Assembly (NCBI GenBank): GCA_051362555.1
Contig: CM120640.1
Location: forward strand, 26,832,225-26,896,224
Source of the DNA: Lingula anatina
Taxonomy: Eukaryota; Animalia; Brachiopoda
DNA length: 64,000 nucleotides
Direction of reading: 5' to 3'
Part shown: positions 15,843-27,751 of the stretch, piece by piece
Layout of the letters: every line of letters begins with the position of its first letter
Position numbering within the stretch: the first letter of the stretch is position 1
Made by a program: the position numbers and the translations under genes
The notes under the pieces: generated by a model
What the model was told of the DNA's origin: nothing
Seen by the model: only the letters and a program-made list of their open reading frames with translations
Databases searched by the model: none

Positions 15843-18800
15843 AAGAGAGATAATGTGTTCATTATGTCAACCCTAATAATTTTTTCCAGTATAATCATAC
15901 AGAAAAGTGCATTTTATTATTTTTGGAAAAAAAGAAACATTTATTAATAAAAATTGTTAAAGATAATTTCAATGATGTCAGGCAAATGGTCTTGAAAATT
16001 AACTGTCAGTGATACTGGTAAACAAGTTTACAAAGAATACAAAGTGATGAAGTGAGGAAAATGTTTGATACGTTTTAGAGCTGTGATACTACATACTATA
16101 TGTGCTCACCTCAATGCAATTCTATGATTTTTATTTTCATTGCTCAAGGTGTTTTAAACCTTGAGCAAATACATGGATTGGAAGTTGCAGTTAAGAGACT
16201 TGCTGATAACAATGATTATCAAGGAACGCTGGAATTTGACAGGGTAAGTACAATTTACAAAATATTTTGAAAAGTTAATGGGAATATGTGTTACAGAAAG
16301 AGAAGTTAATGAAATTTTCCAAGCAAATTATATTATTCATAATAGTATTTTTGCTAGCTCTTCCATTGTTATACTTCATGTAAAATGTTATTAGTACCGC
16401 CAGCGTGTATGGTGGCGGTACTCATGATTGTAGTACTGACCACTCTCGTACAGCTCCACCGGCTCTGCAGGATGACGTGGGATACAAGTCACCATTACCG
16501 CTTCTCCTCCTGGACTGCTAGGACCTGTGTCCCAATCTCTTGGGTTTAGGTCACATATAATGTCAACTTGAACCCCCCTGTTTTTTTTTTTTTTTTTTTT
16601 TTTCTTTTCATTTGGTGCATTGGCCTGGGCATGACACTCAAAATTTTTTTAAAATTCAATGCTAAATATCTCCCAAACCAAAGAAATTATGGGAAAAATT
16701 GCTATTGAAGATTGATTGAAAGTCATATGTGGAGATTCCAAAATATGTGAAATACTCCAAAATTAGCAGAGATATGCCCATAGTTACTATTGAACTTGAA
16801 TGGGAATTCATATACTGGCAATCTAACTGTGACCTTGAAATTGACATTTGACCTACATTTCATGATGAACCGCACTTTGCAAATTTCACGTCCCATAGTA
16901 TATATGGGTGTATCTCTGCCAGTTTTTGAAATATAAGGGATACACCCATAGTTCCTATTCAAACATACACAAAATAAAAATATCATGTTGCCCATGTAGT
17001 CCAATGTCAACGACGAAATAAAAGGCAACACCACTAAACCTTAATATAAACAAACCTTAAAACATTGTTTCCATTACAGTATGTAAATACCTTAGATAGG
17101 AAGTCCTACTTTCAAAATCTTACTACAACCTTGAATTTGACCTTTTACTTTTCCCCACAATTTTTTTATAAATGATAATTACCTACAAAAAATGAAAACC
17201 CTAGTTTAATTACTGCATTTCCTTCAGCTTGTCAACCACAACACTACAGGTGGTGCCCCCCCTTCTTTTTCTTTCTCATACGAATACGCTTACTGCAGCT
17301 GGTGGTACAATACCAGGAGGCAGTATCGCCTCTCTGATCTAGTTTGATATGTTTTTGTGCACTGGTATTGTTCTAGGAGAAGGATTGGGCTAAGAAAAAG
17401 TATATTTATCTTCTGACTGCTATTGGAATTTGTGAGCAGTTAAAAGGGTAAGTAATTATATGAAGAAACATTTTTATCCACGTTATCAGTGTGAGCTCTT
17501 TTTAAAGATTTAAAAAATCGCTCTCTTGTTATGTCTTTTGACATTATTTTTTCATTATTAATTTAAAAATTGGAAAATGAACACACAAAGTAGATTTTTA
17601 CAACGCAGTCTTCTCTGCCCTGCTTTCACCTAGGATATGTGATTGAGCAACTTGTCCCTTTTTATTTTATGAAAAATGGGGGAATATCCGTGTCCTGTAT
17701 TTGTCATGTTTTGTTTGGTTGTGAAATTTCCAGTGTTCATATCAACCAGACTGAAACAAAATCAAGGAAATTTTATGTGCAGACACAGTAGATGCTGTAC
17801 ATATGGGCCATCACCTGTGTGGGTCATTTGCTGGCTAAAATGCAGGCTTAGTGGGTTTTCAGATTTATCATGTTTTTTTTTTCTTTCTTTACAGTATGTT
17901 CAATCATTATTTTTCTTGTTCTGAACACTTATTTTTCAGGCAATGTGTCTGTTTAAGCTAATCTTGCTGGAGTTACTGTGGGCCTTAAATGACTTACAGT
18001 TATTCCTTAAACTTTTGTGATAATTTTTCTCTATGCTTTTGATAATTTGAATATGGGCCAAAATTTACATATACTGGAAGCATTGAATAAGATTATTGTA
18101 ATGTATTATTTTTTCAAATTGCTTCTCTTTATGATAACTGACTTTATAACCTACAAGGTATTTTTTCAGTGAATACTCCAAGGCAGTGATGACAGTATAC
18201 ATGAAAGGGGGAACTTTGAAAGATCGACTTGAACAATCAAAGATTAGTGGTGAAAGTTTGGACTGGAAAACTCGCCTACGTATGAGTGTCCAGTTGGCTG
18301 ATGCAGTGAAATTTCTTCAGTCGGATGACCAGTAAGTTTTATTTACTTATCTGACTTGAAGGTACTCATAGACTTCTCTGTTTTTTAAACAAAGTTTATT
18401 CAAAATAAAGCACTAAAAGCATATAATGCTCTCTCTGGGGACCAGGAAAATTACAAAATACGCACGTGTGCACACACATTCACACACACAATTGCACACA
18501 CAAACACACACACAAAAGCGGGAAAAAAATAAAGATATGAAAAGGAATAAGAATATTTTTAAAATATATACATATATATATTTATATATAGTCATGACAA
18601 ATGTATATAGTCATGACAAATGAACTTATTAACAACTAATTTTATATATAAGCATGTTTGATATTATGTGATATTTTTCTTTGTACCATTATTATTATTT
18701 TCTACATATTCATATTCATGTTGCTGTACTTCTTTGTTTGGTATTTCAGAAGCAAGTGCATAGTTCATAAAGACATCAAATCCTCAAACATATTCCTGGA

Positions 18801-21800
18801 TGAGCATGAGAACATCAGGCTTGGAGATATGGGATTTGCAAAGATGTATTCTTTGAACTTTAAAAAGACCACAATCACCAAAAGTAAGACTAAATGTCTC
18901 TAGTTTAATGCTGTTTTATGTTAAAGTTGGTACACATGAAGTTTCTGTACATAAATAGAATTACAGCCTATTTGTTTTTGTTTCATGTTAAAATTAAAAT
19001 CTGAAGGTCTGTTCCAATTTCATCAGGTAACACCCGTCTGCACATCTACACATGCACAAACATGAATATATGTATAATTATTTTCAGCTATTCCTTTTGC
19101 TGCTGGCTATACAGACCCAAAACTTCATGAGGGACTTATAACCAAGACTACTGACTGTTACAGTATTGGGATAGGTAAATGTTACAAGTAAATTGTTTTT
19201 AGTATGTAGCATCAAGGCTTGTGGATAACTTTGTATCTTAAAAAGTGTCAATTATCTTTCTATTTTTCATTTTACTCAAATCAATACATTTCTCTTTACA
19301 AGTGAAGATTTATAGTTTTACATTGTAAAAAATTACTGGAATTGAACTTTTAGTATATTTTTATACATGGAAAATTTTGTTTAAGTGCTTGAGGAATTGT
19401 TGACGGGTGTTCTTGCCTCTGATCCTGACCCTAGTAGAGATAGCTCAGTTTCTCTTCACCTCTCCTGGAACAATTCTGGTGATGAAGAAAAGATTTTGGT
19501 AGAAAAGGGGGTTGAGCAGGTGAGTGTTTAATCTTTATCTTAAAGATGGGTCTGGCACAATTATAATGAGATATAATACATAAGACTGAATGAGTTTTTT
19601 TTTTTTTAATATCCATGTTGGACAGTGCATGTTCCTTACCTGTCAACACTGGAAATTGCTACAATGTCATGGGAGGTTGTGTGGCATTTGCAAACAACAC
19701 CCCCAACTCTACCATAGTAACTTTATTATTTTTAGACTCATTTTATGATCTCAAACAACTGATGGCAAGATCAGAAGATTTGTGGCCTGAATGCTGAGGT
19801 CTGGATTGAAGTGCCAAATCTGGAAACCCCTGGTAAAATTTGGAGAGTTGACAGGCCTGAATTTTTTTATAATGACAAATAATACTCTGTATTGCAGGGG
19901 TGGCCCAGAGAAATAAGCACAGAATTTGCTAAACTAATTAAGATGTGCAAAAAGGGAAAACCTGTGAAAAGAATCAAAATTGAAGAACTGTATGATGCAT
20001 TGTTGAAACTTTACAAGGTAAGTAATTCCTATTGACAAGTGAAGTTTAGATTGTATAGATTTTGTAAACTATATATTGTTTAATATGTAAGAATAAATAT
20101 ATAAGTTGGTGTATTCCTTTTAAATACATAAAGCCATTTTTTGCTTGGTCTAAAACCTAGTTGGTAAATGTTATCAAATTATCACAAGTTATTTTCACAT
20201 GCATTGTATTTGCCTGAAGAGGTACATTCTTATTAATTTATCTGTGTCATCATATTTTTGTTTACTTCAAATGTACTGAGTACTTCTGTTTGATAAAAAG
20301 ACAGGTTCCTTTAGAAAGTAAGCATGATCAGGTCATTTTTCCAGAACATTTTGTAAATTGTTGCATTGTTTTTGTCTATTTGGTGTCTGCATATTTGCCA
20401 GTTTGGATAAAGTAAAACCAGAATTAAAGAGGCACTTATTCAGTGACAATGTTTGGTCTTCTAGGGAGGTGTTGAAGGTGCACCTGTATATGCAGGGACT
20501 GGTGGTAAACCCATTCAGTCTGAGAAATGCCTCTACTGTTTGGTACACCAAGCAGGTATGTAAACTATATTACTGTAGAACATATTGAAGCTTGAACTAC
20601 AAAGATGAAAGGAGTCATATTGATTAAAGGATAATAGTCATATAAAAATCCATTTCTCGAATTCTGAAGATCCAGCACTTAATCTATACACTACAGTTAT
20701 GTTTTAATCGATCCCCGTCATTTAAAAATTAAAAAAACAATCTATTAGTAGACAAAAAGCGTTTTAGTAAACTTCACCTCAATATGCATAAATGAAGCAA
20801 CAGATCTGGGTCACGTGGTACTGTGACGACAATGTGGATAAAGGTCTAAGACTCAACTGAGCTGCAAGTGCATGCAGACAGAGAAGTTTAGGAAAGTTGT
20901 GTCGAACGGGGTTGAGCAATTTTCGTTATGCCTCAGTGTGTTGCCGTGGGATTCACCAAAATCGCAGCACTCGTTCACAATCTTTTCTTTGTCTGTGACG
21001 GTCTTCCGTGACTTAGTAACTTCGGTGACAATTGTTGCGATGCGATGAGATCATGGTCACCTCAGGTGGTTTAGATCATATCAAAAGCTGATAGTCTTTC
21101 AGATTAACTGTCATCAGTTGGCAAGCTTACTAATTGTTGATGCATTTTAAATGCATTGTAGTTGACCAAGAGCTCGTTAACAATAAAACCTGTTAATTAT
21201 GCACCGCTGCACTTCCCAAGCCAGGTAATAACAAGTATCAAACTCGTCTTGGTGGGCTTTCATATTTTTCAATATATCTCATTTATTTCATGGGGTTATT
21301 TTATTAGTACCACCAGCGTGTACGCTGGCGGTACTCATGGTTTTAGTCCCGACCCGTCTCGTCCGGCTCCGCCGGCTCCGCGTACTGGCGCCGGATACAA
21401 GTCACCGTTACCGCTTCTCCTCCTAGACCGCAAGGACCCCTGTCCCCATCTCTTGGATTTAGGTCACATATAACCTCAACTTGAACCCCCAGGTTTTTTT
21501 GTCTCAGTCGGTACATTGACCTGGGCGTGACGCTCCTTGAAATGCACCCTTGTCAAAATTTTTGAAAATTCAATGCCAATTATCTACCCTACGGAAGGAA
21601 TTATGGGAAAATTTTCTACAGACGGCTTTCCAAAAGTCATATGTGTAGATTTCAAATATGCCCTTGGATTTGACCTTTGACCTTAATTTCAAGGTCAAAC
21701 GGGCCAAAATTTTCAAAAAAATGAAATTTTTTTACGAAAAAAAATATTATTTGCACTGTTATTCAGACACTACACAGACTTAACCAATAATTATATTGGA

Positions 21801-24800
21801 AAGTGTTACCCTTTGGGTCATCTTTCATCTCTGTGAATTTGGGGTCAATCGGTGCATTTTCACAGGAGTAGCGGCCATAAAATACCGAAAATGAAAACTG
21901 TCTCTAATTCGGGAACCGTTAATGCTAGCGACCCGTTCTTTTTTGCATTTTGTAGAGCATGTAAAGCCCAACACTGAGAGTGGTCTCGGTTTTTTTGTAT
22001 TTCATATGGTTTTCGTGTTATGCTGTATTAAAAAGTACTTTGTGGTGGCACATTTTTTAACTCAGAATTGTAACATTTAGTCCCTTATATCTCCAAAACT
22101 GGCAGAGATAGGTCAATAGTTATTATTTAAGTTGAATAGGAAGTCATTTACTTGCAATCTAGATGTGAGCTTGAAATTGACCTTTGACCTACTTTTCACC
22201 ATGAACTGAACTTTGCAAATTTTTGTTCCCTTTTATCTCCAAAACTGGCAGAGATAGGTCAATAGTAACTATTGAACTTGAATAGGAGGTCACATACTGG
22301 CAATTTAACAGTGACCTTAAAATTGACCTTTGACCTACTTTTCACCATGAATTGAACTTTGCCAATTTTTGTTCCCTTTAATCTCCAAAACTGGCAGAGA
22401 TAGGTCCATAGTCACTATTAAACTTGAATAGGAAGTCACATACTGGCAATTAATCAGTGACCTTAAAATTGACCTTTGACCTACTTTTCACCATGAATTG
22501 AACTTTGCCAATTTTTGTTCCCTTTAATCTCCAAAACTGGCAGAGATAGGTCCATAGTTACTATTGAACTTAAATAGGAAGTCATGAACTGGCAATTTAC
22601 TGTGACCTTTAAATTGACCTTTGACCTTCCTTTTACTATGAACTGAACTTAGCAAATTTTCGTTTACCTTTATCTTCAAAACTGACAGATAGGTCCATAG
22701 TTACCATTGAACTTGAATAGGAAGTAATACACTAGCAATCTGTGACCTTGAAATTGACCTTTGACCTACTTTTTATGATGAACTGCTTTTTGCATGTTTT
22801 CTGGCCTTTAAATCTGCAAAATTGGCAAAGAAATGTCCATGGTTGCTATTGAACTTGAATAGAAATTCATATACTATGATATTGAAATTGACCTTTGACC
22901 TACTTTTTCACCATGAACTGAGCTTTGCATATTTTCTTGCCTCTCATATCTTTAAATCTAGCAGAGATGTGCCCATTGTTTCCCCTAGGTTTTCTCTTTT
23001 GTCAGCATATATGCACCATTGACAACACATTTCAAGGAAAACCAATAGGCCTTTTGTCTAGAGAATACAGTAGTGAGCAAGGGTAGGCAAATGCAAGTCA
23101 ATTTGAAAATCTGCTTGATTGTATCATTTTTAGTTATATTTTTTGCATATTTTGAGAACTCTTGTTGATTGCATCTTATAGAGCTTGTCAAACACCAGAC
23201 TGGTGATGGTGTCCCTTTTAGGAGGGGGGGGGGGGGTCCATACGAATGCGCTTACTCCAGCTGGTGGTACAATATCTGGAGGCGGTATCGCCTCTCTGAT
23301 CCTCTAGTTGGTATTTGTAAATGACGTTAAATATCAATATTTAAACAATTAAGATCAAACACGGTCGCGAACATTAATAAAAGAAATTGCTCTCAGGGTA
23401 TCTTGAAGCATGCGTATGCCCAGGCATTACTTCCTTGGAAGAAAACGTGTTGAGGAAAAACAGGAAAAAGAGCATTATATTAAAGAAAAAATGGGAACTG
23501 CTGTAATAAAATGGTTCGTAATCCTAATACTTTTATGCTTTGAAGATTTGTTTCTGAAGGTTATTTCTTCTGAAATATTAAATAATTTAAAAGGTTTATC
23601 ATTTTATAACTTGAAACGCAAGTTCTGCGTCTGTATGCAAAACTTTTTGCAGATTTGTAAGCTTTGTCAAACCCAAAAACAGGTAGCAGATCAAGGTAAA
23701 AGAGTATTGTTTGCTACGGGTAGCACGGAAAAAAAATCATAAATTTAATGTGTTTACTAAATGTGCAGTTTTACGTACGTTAGTATATTTTAAATTATGC
23801 ATGGAGATTTAACCTGGTAAGGGATGTAAGAAAGCCACAAACGGATTTTTTAAAAAGAATGTTGGGTGTAAAAAAAGAGCACTACTGATAACTTAGTTCA
23901 TTGTATATAACTTAGTATGTTATGAAAAATGGGAGATACCCAATTCTTTTAAGTATGAGCCTACAATTTTTTAATATATTGATTTAAATCCCCTCTTCGA
24001 AAAATTGTATTATAAAACCGTGCTATAAAGATCTACTCAAGAAAAAAATTGCTAGGCTAAAATTGAGTACGGAATGAACTGGAGACCCTTGGCTTGTCAT
24101 TAAGTTTTCACGAAAATATGTCAGATAACTTTATACTGTCCTTGAAAGAGTAAAGATTGAAAGATAATTTTAGACAAATAGACAAACTTTGACGGAGGAA
24201 ATATCAACAAAGAGTAAAGGGCTATTGTGCCAACATCTTGTTGAAATTTTTACACTGCAATTCTATTTAAATAAGCTAAGGAACTAATTGCCAAATTTAG
24301 ACTTTCATCACACAACAGGGGCGTAACCAGACCTGCAAAAGTTGTACGCACAGATTAAAAAAAAGTACAAGCACGTACAGCAAAATGTAGACTAACGCAA
24401 AACATGAAGGACAGCGTAATCACAGCAAATGTACCTCATATAGTAGCTTAATTTCCATTAATAATAAAATCATCATTTAAGTCAAAAATATTCTCGCGAT
24501 TTAATAAATATTCTAATGTACCCAGAACGGTATATTTATTTAAAAGGAGGCTAACTGAAATATTGTTTTATTATTTGTTTGTGAAAATTGCTCATGTCAC
24601 CCTGTTAGTTTGGAGGTCTAAGCTGGATCAAGTCCATGTTAAAATTCCTATGAAGCTGTGCAGGAAAAAATCTTCCTTTGTTTCTCTAGCTCCTCGATAA
24701 ACCTGGTGTTCAGATTGTATCTAGTACCCCCAGGTCTGCGGGAGCTGCTCTTTGAAACCAACGCACAGGTAGATTTTTACCTGAGATAAATATCGCCAGC

Positions 24801-26915
24801 CATTTAACCCTCTAATTAAGAGGTAAAGGAAGTTCCAGTTAGATGGATGATTAAGATAGGACTGGTAAAGGGCACTGTTTACCTCTGTTTAATAAAAGTA
24901 TGCAAGACGGAGTGTCAGCGGTTTAATAAAATTAATTGAATTTCACAAATAACATGGACCTCATATGCAGTAATCAACAGAACCCTTAACTCATTCAAAT
25001 GCAATGTTTTATACAACTTGGGATAACCATAATTAAATGCTTGTTAAAGAATTGACTAGACGGGAAATGGTTTTACACAGCTTCACGAGGATTAAGACCC
25101 CTCGGGTAAGAGATTTGAATGAGTATAAACTTTTATCAGAAGCCAGAGAAGTCATCTTACAGGTAGACAATGCAGCTCAGTTTGACAGCTAAGCATGCTC
25201 TGTTCTCCGGTGGCTTGATTGTCGTCATCAGACCACGTGACCACGTAGCTCATTAACTCCCAGGCCGAGCAAATAGGACGTTTTATAAAGCCAAAAATTT
25301 ACAAAATGAGCTTTTAATTTGTGTATTTGGACAAAGATATCGTTAATTGGGCATGTTTTCTGAAGAATATGTTCCGTTGAGGCCATTATGACGGCATGAC
25401 GCAAATCCTTTAAGTTATACTTTTTGTGTGTATTTATGAATTTACCATAATGATAAAAATACTGTATAAATGCCATGGGCATTTTCTATTTCAGCAAACA
25501 GTCAGCTCAGTTGTGGATGCAAGTTCCTTTGTACTCACTGCATAGTTGAACGCACCAAGGAGAACAAGAGCATATGGTGCATGTTGCATATGGAAGAAGT
25601 TGAATTTAAAAAACGTAATATGTTTGTGTGTACTGTATGTGTATGTGAAATTCTCCAGTTTCATATTTGCAAAAATCACATCACTTTACAAGGCTTACTT
25701 GCAAATCAATAAAAACTGAATGAATCTGAATATCTTTTTACTTAAATCATATTATAAAAAGCAGTATCAAGAAGGTTGGCAGTACAAATGACAAATCATG
25801 AAGATGATTTTCTCATTCGCCTGCAAGTGTAATCTGTGTCCTTAATTTCTTTTTAGAAAACTTATACTGTGATGGAAATTTTACCAAGCTCTTTGATGCC
25901 AGTTACCCAGTGGTTTCACTTGTCAAGTTGATCAATTCCAAGATAGACAAGCATTGGAAATCAGTTGGCCTGATAAAAGTCATAGATAGATGTGGTGAAG
26001 ACCGTGCCGTTGCCACAGGGTTCAAAATAGGTGGAAATTATTTGATGACGAATCGTCACATTGTTAACAGTTTCGGAGAAGGTAAAGTGATGATGCTAAC
26101 AAGATGTGTTTCAAAGGTCTTTTGAACTAAAAGTTTAAATGTATTTATGATGGTTTACTGTTGCATATCAAAACATTTTATAAGGGTGCCTTGTAGTATT
26201 TGTGAAAACTGAGAACATGCTTTTATTTAAAGCTCATTATGATATCTTTAGAAATACACATTGAAGTATTTTGACAATTGGGTACTAAATCAGGAGGTGG
26301 GGGCTGGGGGAATATTGCATTTACTTCATTTTTTCCTGCTCTACAGGTTTCCGAGGAGTCAAGGTAGAATTTGGATATTTGCAACAAACTTCAAGAACAA
26401 CAACATATAAATTTGTCAATATGCCATGGTACAGTGAAGTATTGGATGCAGCTTTGTTCCACATTCACAACGTAGACAGCCATGATGTTGTACCAGATTT
26501 AGACTGTGATATAGCAGATGTCGAGCCAGGAAAGGATGTCTGTATTGTAGGACATAATAAATGTGATCCATTAAGATATGACCCAGATACAAAAATACTT
26601 AGCAATTTCGATGTTCAAAAAGACATAGATTTCACACTGAAAACCTACCCTTCAGCCAGTTTTACAAATGCATATGATAGAAATCGACAGTTTATGAAGT
26701 CAAGTTTTATGCATGGGGCATCTGGGTCACCTTGCTTTGATGAATATGGTAACCTTTCCCTAATGTATACTGCAGGTTATCCTGATAACTATAAAGAGCT
26801 GCGTATGGCACAAACTGTATTTGAAGAGGGTGTTAAAATGAGATGCATATATGAAGAGTTAAAGAAAGAAAAGCCAGAGTTGGTGTCAGATCTGTTCCCA
26901 AATGTCCGCATTTGA
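12702..26915 (+). CDS. Multidomain protein, paralog 1: CARD - OTU-like - Pelle/IRAK-like kinase - variant RING - FAM111-like trypsin serine protease (~1072 aa)
   Basis: Coding exons 12702-12863, 13394-13523, 13751-14289, 14897-15170, 15450-15755, 16149-16243, 17377-17447, 18170-18331, 18750-18883, 19088-19174, 19386-19519, 19898-20017, 20465-20555, 25495-25614, 25857-26081, 26347-26915. All introns are GT-AG and phases are compatible; total 3219 nt = 1073 codons with no internal stop. Every non-OTU exon is conserved in paralog 2. Confidence 0.85.
14076..15156 (+). other. OTU-like cysteine protease (deubiquitinase) domain, paralog 1 only
   Basis: TPMDGNCFFHAVADQ (Cys codon 14191-14193), HREIRKLVVSYLQ, YVSKMAQDGAWADDLTIDATSKALG, LMLGRYHENYYQSL. 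One internal intron at 14290-14896. Confidence 0.88.
15655..20017 (+). other. Pelle/IRAK (RLK-Pelle-like TKL) kinase domain, paralog 1
   Basis: YEFSEKDLELVTNYFS, GFGVVHKG, VAVKRL, EFDRE, YMKGGTLKDRL, LDWKTRLRMSVQLADAVKFLQ, IVHKDIKSSNIFLDE, RLGDMGFAK, GYTDP, DCYSIGIVLEELLTG, WP. Confidence 0.88.
16388..17344 (+). mobile_element. HINE family A (Helentron-associated, DINE-1-like), internally deleted copy in a paralog 1 kinase intron
   Basis: 5' TTATTAGTACCGCCAGC plus palindrome; 3' subTIR GCTGGTGGTACAATA, stem-loop GAGGCAGTATCGCCTC and CTAGTT end; about 2 degenerate central repeat units. Confidence 0.8.
20628..25409 (+). mobile_element. Kolobok-like DNA transposon (decayed), 4.8 kb, in the RING intron of paralog 1
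   Basis: TTAA TSD at 20624-27 and 25410-13. Termini AGGATAATAGTCAT...ATGACGCAAATCCT (imperfect TIR, AGG/CCT). The empty site GATTAAGTTATAC is present in paralog 2 (~62122-62134). Possible decayed THAP start MPQCVAVGF at 20928. Confidence 0.8.
21301..23309 (+). mobile_element. HINE family A, full-length, nested in the Kolobok-like element
   Basis: 5' subTIR and palindrome (TATTAGTACCACCAGCGTGTACGCTGGCGGTAC), CCGGCTCCG mini-repeat, about 7 central ~146-bp repeats, 3' subTIR GCTGGTGGTACAATA, hairpin GGAGGCGGTATCGCCTC, end CTCTAGTT. Confidence 0.85.
25950..26915 (+). other. Trypsin-like (Trypsin_2 / FAM111-like) serine protease domain, paralog 1, with intact triad
   Basis: SVGLI...ATGFKIGGNYLMTNRHIV (His 26057-59), SEVLDAALF (Asp 26445-47), IVGH, FMHGASGSPCFDEYGNLSLMYTAG (Ser 26721-23). 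The motif layout resembles the FAM111A/B protease. Confidence 0.88.
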
Positions 26916-27751
26916 CTTAACTAGAGTTGCTACAACTCTGTTTAAGATTACAGAAAAGTCACTGAAGTGTTGCATATTTTTCTGTACAAAGCAACTTACT
27001 TTAATAATTAGGAGTTCTCTGAGATTGGTAGGTGGAATTGAAATGATATATTATAGAGGTTGCATCTGCATTAATATTTGCAGCAATGGATGCATTCTTC
27101 CTCTCTTCACTATTGACAGTTTTGTGTTTTACAAGTTTTATTGTATATAATATATAATAATATTGGAAGAGGAAAATTTATAAATGTTGTCATCTGTACC
27201 ACATTGTTTTAGCAAGAGCTAATATTACACAAATTATTTTGATATTTTACAGTAATTTTATGTATATTGAATGTCCTTGGGACCATAAACTTGTTACCTG
27301 TAATATCACATTTGTGTGGTTTTCCAATTTGCTTCAGAAACAACCCACTTTGTAATTAAGATATAATGCCTTTAAAATATACTTTGAAATATACACAATA
27401 ATGTAGTGTTTATTGATAAAATAACCTTATTGGATGAAATTGAACCTTTCCATTTGCATGTACAAAATGAACAGGAGTTTTTAGCTTTAGATTCTATTAG
27501 CAGATGTGTTCCTTTATGTGCTACAAAACCTAGTATTAGTGCTCTTCACCTTAAAACTGCGACAGCAATTTATAGCAGAATATTATTCATTTTAGTGTTC
27601 ATGATAAATTTTATCACCAAGTACAAAAATAAATGATAGTCAATTAAGTAGTAGATGAACCTTCACATTGATCTTTAAGTTGAAAAGGCAAATATATGCA
27701 TGATTGTAATAATCAAGTGAATAAAAAAAATGTCAAAAAGGAATAAATATC

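Larger units (their letters stand above)
20465..25614 (+). other. Variant RING-finger domain split over two small exons (20465-20555 and 25495-25614)
   Basis: Spliced peptide EKCLYCLVHQAANSQLSCGCKFLCTHCIVERTKENKSIWCMLH, i.e. C-x2-C-x11-C-x-C-x3-C-x2-C-x12-C-x2-H. It is identical in paralog 2 (61964-62054 and 62209-62328). Confidence 0.72.

Noticed and set aside
20358-20588. 76-aa ORF (MLHCFCLFG...) conserved in both paralogs (also 61857-62108) and its antisense ORF
   Set aside because: The real exon (20465-20555) is in a different frame. The conservation reflects near-identical intron sequence between the paralogs.
24560-24870. Inverted match to ~40100-40440
   Set aside because: Best explained as two dispersed copies of one repeat family in different TEs, not a structural inversion.
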